Part shown: piece after piece, positions 62,937-64,000 of the stretch
Position numbering within the stretch: the first letter of the stretch is position 1
How the letters are laid out: each line of letters starts with the position of its first letter
Origin: an uncultured Acidobacteriota bacterium
GTDB taxonomy: Bacteria; Acidobacteriota; Terriglobia; UBA7540
Length of the DNA: 64,000 bases
Direction: 5' to 3'
NCBI GenBank assembly: GCA_963804995.1
Contig: CAWDSK010000006.1
Coordinates: 1,536,001-1,600,000 of the forward strand
Translations under genes and position numbers: made by a program
Notes under the pieces: model-generated
What the model was told of the DNA's origin: nothing
Database searches by the model: none
Seen by the model: only the letters and a program-made list of their open reading frames with translations

Positions 62937-63791
62937 GTGGAAGTTGTCGACAAACGTCGCAGCGATCGCGTTCATGTTGAGTTGCGTATTCAATTGAGTG
63001 GAGTAGACGCCGCGGGGAAGATCTTCACGGAGCAGACTCGCACGCTGGTGGTCAACCGGCACGGCGCGAAGGTTGTCTCCCAGAACGTCCTCCTCCCGCA
63101 ACAGGCCATAAGCCTCCGTTGCATCAGGACCGGCCAGGAAACGCTTGCCCGGGTGACGGGTCAAATCGATCACCACGGCAACGAGATTCACTACGGTCTG
63201 GAGATATCGGACCTGAGTGCGAATATTTGGGGCATTGAGTTCCCCGAGCTGGCGGAATCAGACCTTGCTGCCGGACGGGTGCTGCTCGAGTGCCTGGGGT
63301 GCCATGTCCAGCAGATCATTCACCTGGACGCGTTTGCCCTGGAAGTTCTGGTGGCCAATCAGTGCCTGGTGCGGCCCTGCTCGCGATGCACCGACCGGCG
63401 GGTCAGTGTGTGGAAGCGGCCCTCCCTGGAGGAGATCGACGTGCCCCCCGCCCGCGCAAATCCTCTACCTCCCCGCATCAGCGACAACCGAAAACAAATG
63501 CGTCTAAGTTTAAAGACGGAAGTCTGCCTTCGTCATCCCGAATTAGGCGACGAGGTGGCCATTACCGACAACGTTTCCGGTGGGGGGATTCGTTTCAAGA
63601 GTCATCGTCGCTACAATGTGGGCACGGTCCTGAGCGCCGCGTTGCCCTATACGCCGGGCACGCCTTTTGTTTTTTCCCCTGTCTGCGTCGTGTACGCCGA
63701 GGAGCTGCCCGCGGAAGGGGCCTTCGCGTATGGTGTTACCTTCGTGCAAGCCGATAAGCCCGATAAAGCCCGCGCTCAGGGAGCCGGCTAG
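62937..63791 (+). CDS. PilZ - zinc ribbon - PilZ protein
   Basis: RRSDR..; CLGC..CSRC; RKQMR..DNVSGGG. Confidence 0.8.
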   Translation: MEVVDKRRSDRVHVELRIQLSGVDAAGKIFTEQTRTLVVNRHGAKVVSQNVLLPQQAISLRCIRTGQETLARVTGQIDHHGNEIHYGLEISDLSANIWGIEFPELAESDLAAGRVLLECLGCHVQQIIHLDAFALEVLVANQCLVRPCSRCTDRRVSVWKRPSLEEIDVPPARANPLPPRISDNRKQMRLSLKTEVCLRHPELGDEVAITDNVSGGGIRFKSHRRYNVGTVLSAALPYTPGTPFVFSPVCVVYAEELPAEGAFAYGVTFVQADKPDKARAQGAG

Positions 63792-64000
63792 GTCCGCACT
63801 TTCACGCCGGCCAGCTCTTCCAAAAACGTAACGATGGCGGCGTAATCCAACTCGCCTTTGCCCTGCGCCTTGGCGGCCATATAAACCTCTTTCACGGCCG
63901 CGAGAGTGGGCATGGGAACGCCTTGCGCGTAGCCGGCTTCAGCCGCCAGTTCCAAATCCTTGTGCATGAGCTTGAGCGGGAAATAAGGGGTAAAGTCGCC
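63788..64000 (-). CDS. C-terminus of a 3-hydroxyisobutyrate/6-phosphogluconate dehydrogenase family protein (partial)
   Basis: Hand translation GDFTPYFPLKLMHKDLELA...GKGELDYAAIV..VKVRT*. Confidence 0.85.
   Translation of the reverse strand, partial: GDFTPYFPLKLMHKDLELAAEAGYAQGVPMPTLAAVKEVYMAAKAQGKGELDYAAIVTFLEELAGVKVRT

Overview
GC-rich bacterial chromosome segment, most consistent with Acidobacteriota/Terriglobia (Oar-type TonB receptor, PilZ-Zn-ribbon-PilZ protein, gene content; inference, no search run). It contains a complete group II intron (608-2520, minus strand) inserted precisely into a GTAG-type palindromic repeat, secA with a 135-aa insertion, HtrA, an adenylate cyclase-TPR-HD-GYP fusion, peptidases and a ~32-kb cell-surface glycosylation region (19.4-51.7 kb). 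That region encodes an aminotransferase, GT2s, methyltransferases, a split transketolase, several GT-C proteins, tandem sulfatase-fold proteins and a UbiA-DprE1-DprE2-like polyprenyl-P-arabinose pathway. Lactate permease, murB, an acyl-CoA ligase, a glycoside hydrolase and a TonB receptor follow. Intergenic space is dense with small elements: IS1634, IS630, TA-duplicating MITEs and GTAG REP/REPINs. The best candidates for an undescribed system are two small single-gene cassettes bracketed by inverted short-period repeat arrays: a GxxExxY nuclease-fold gene inside 100-bp inverted repeats (9-bp period) and a four-helix-bundle gene inside inverted 7-bp arrays. Both have gene-less relatives elsewhere in the window. 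Six single-base frameshifts cluster at or near TCGA and are probably sequencing artefacts.
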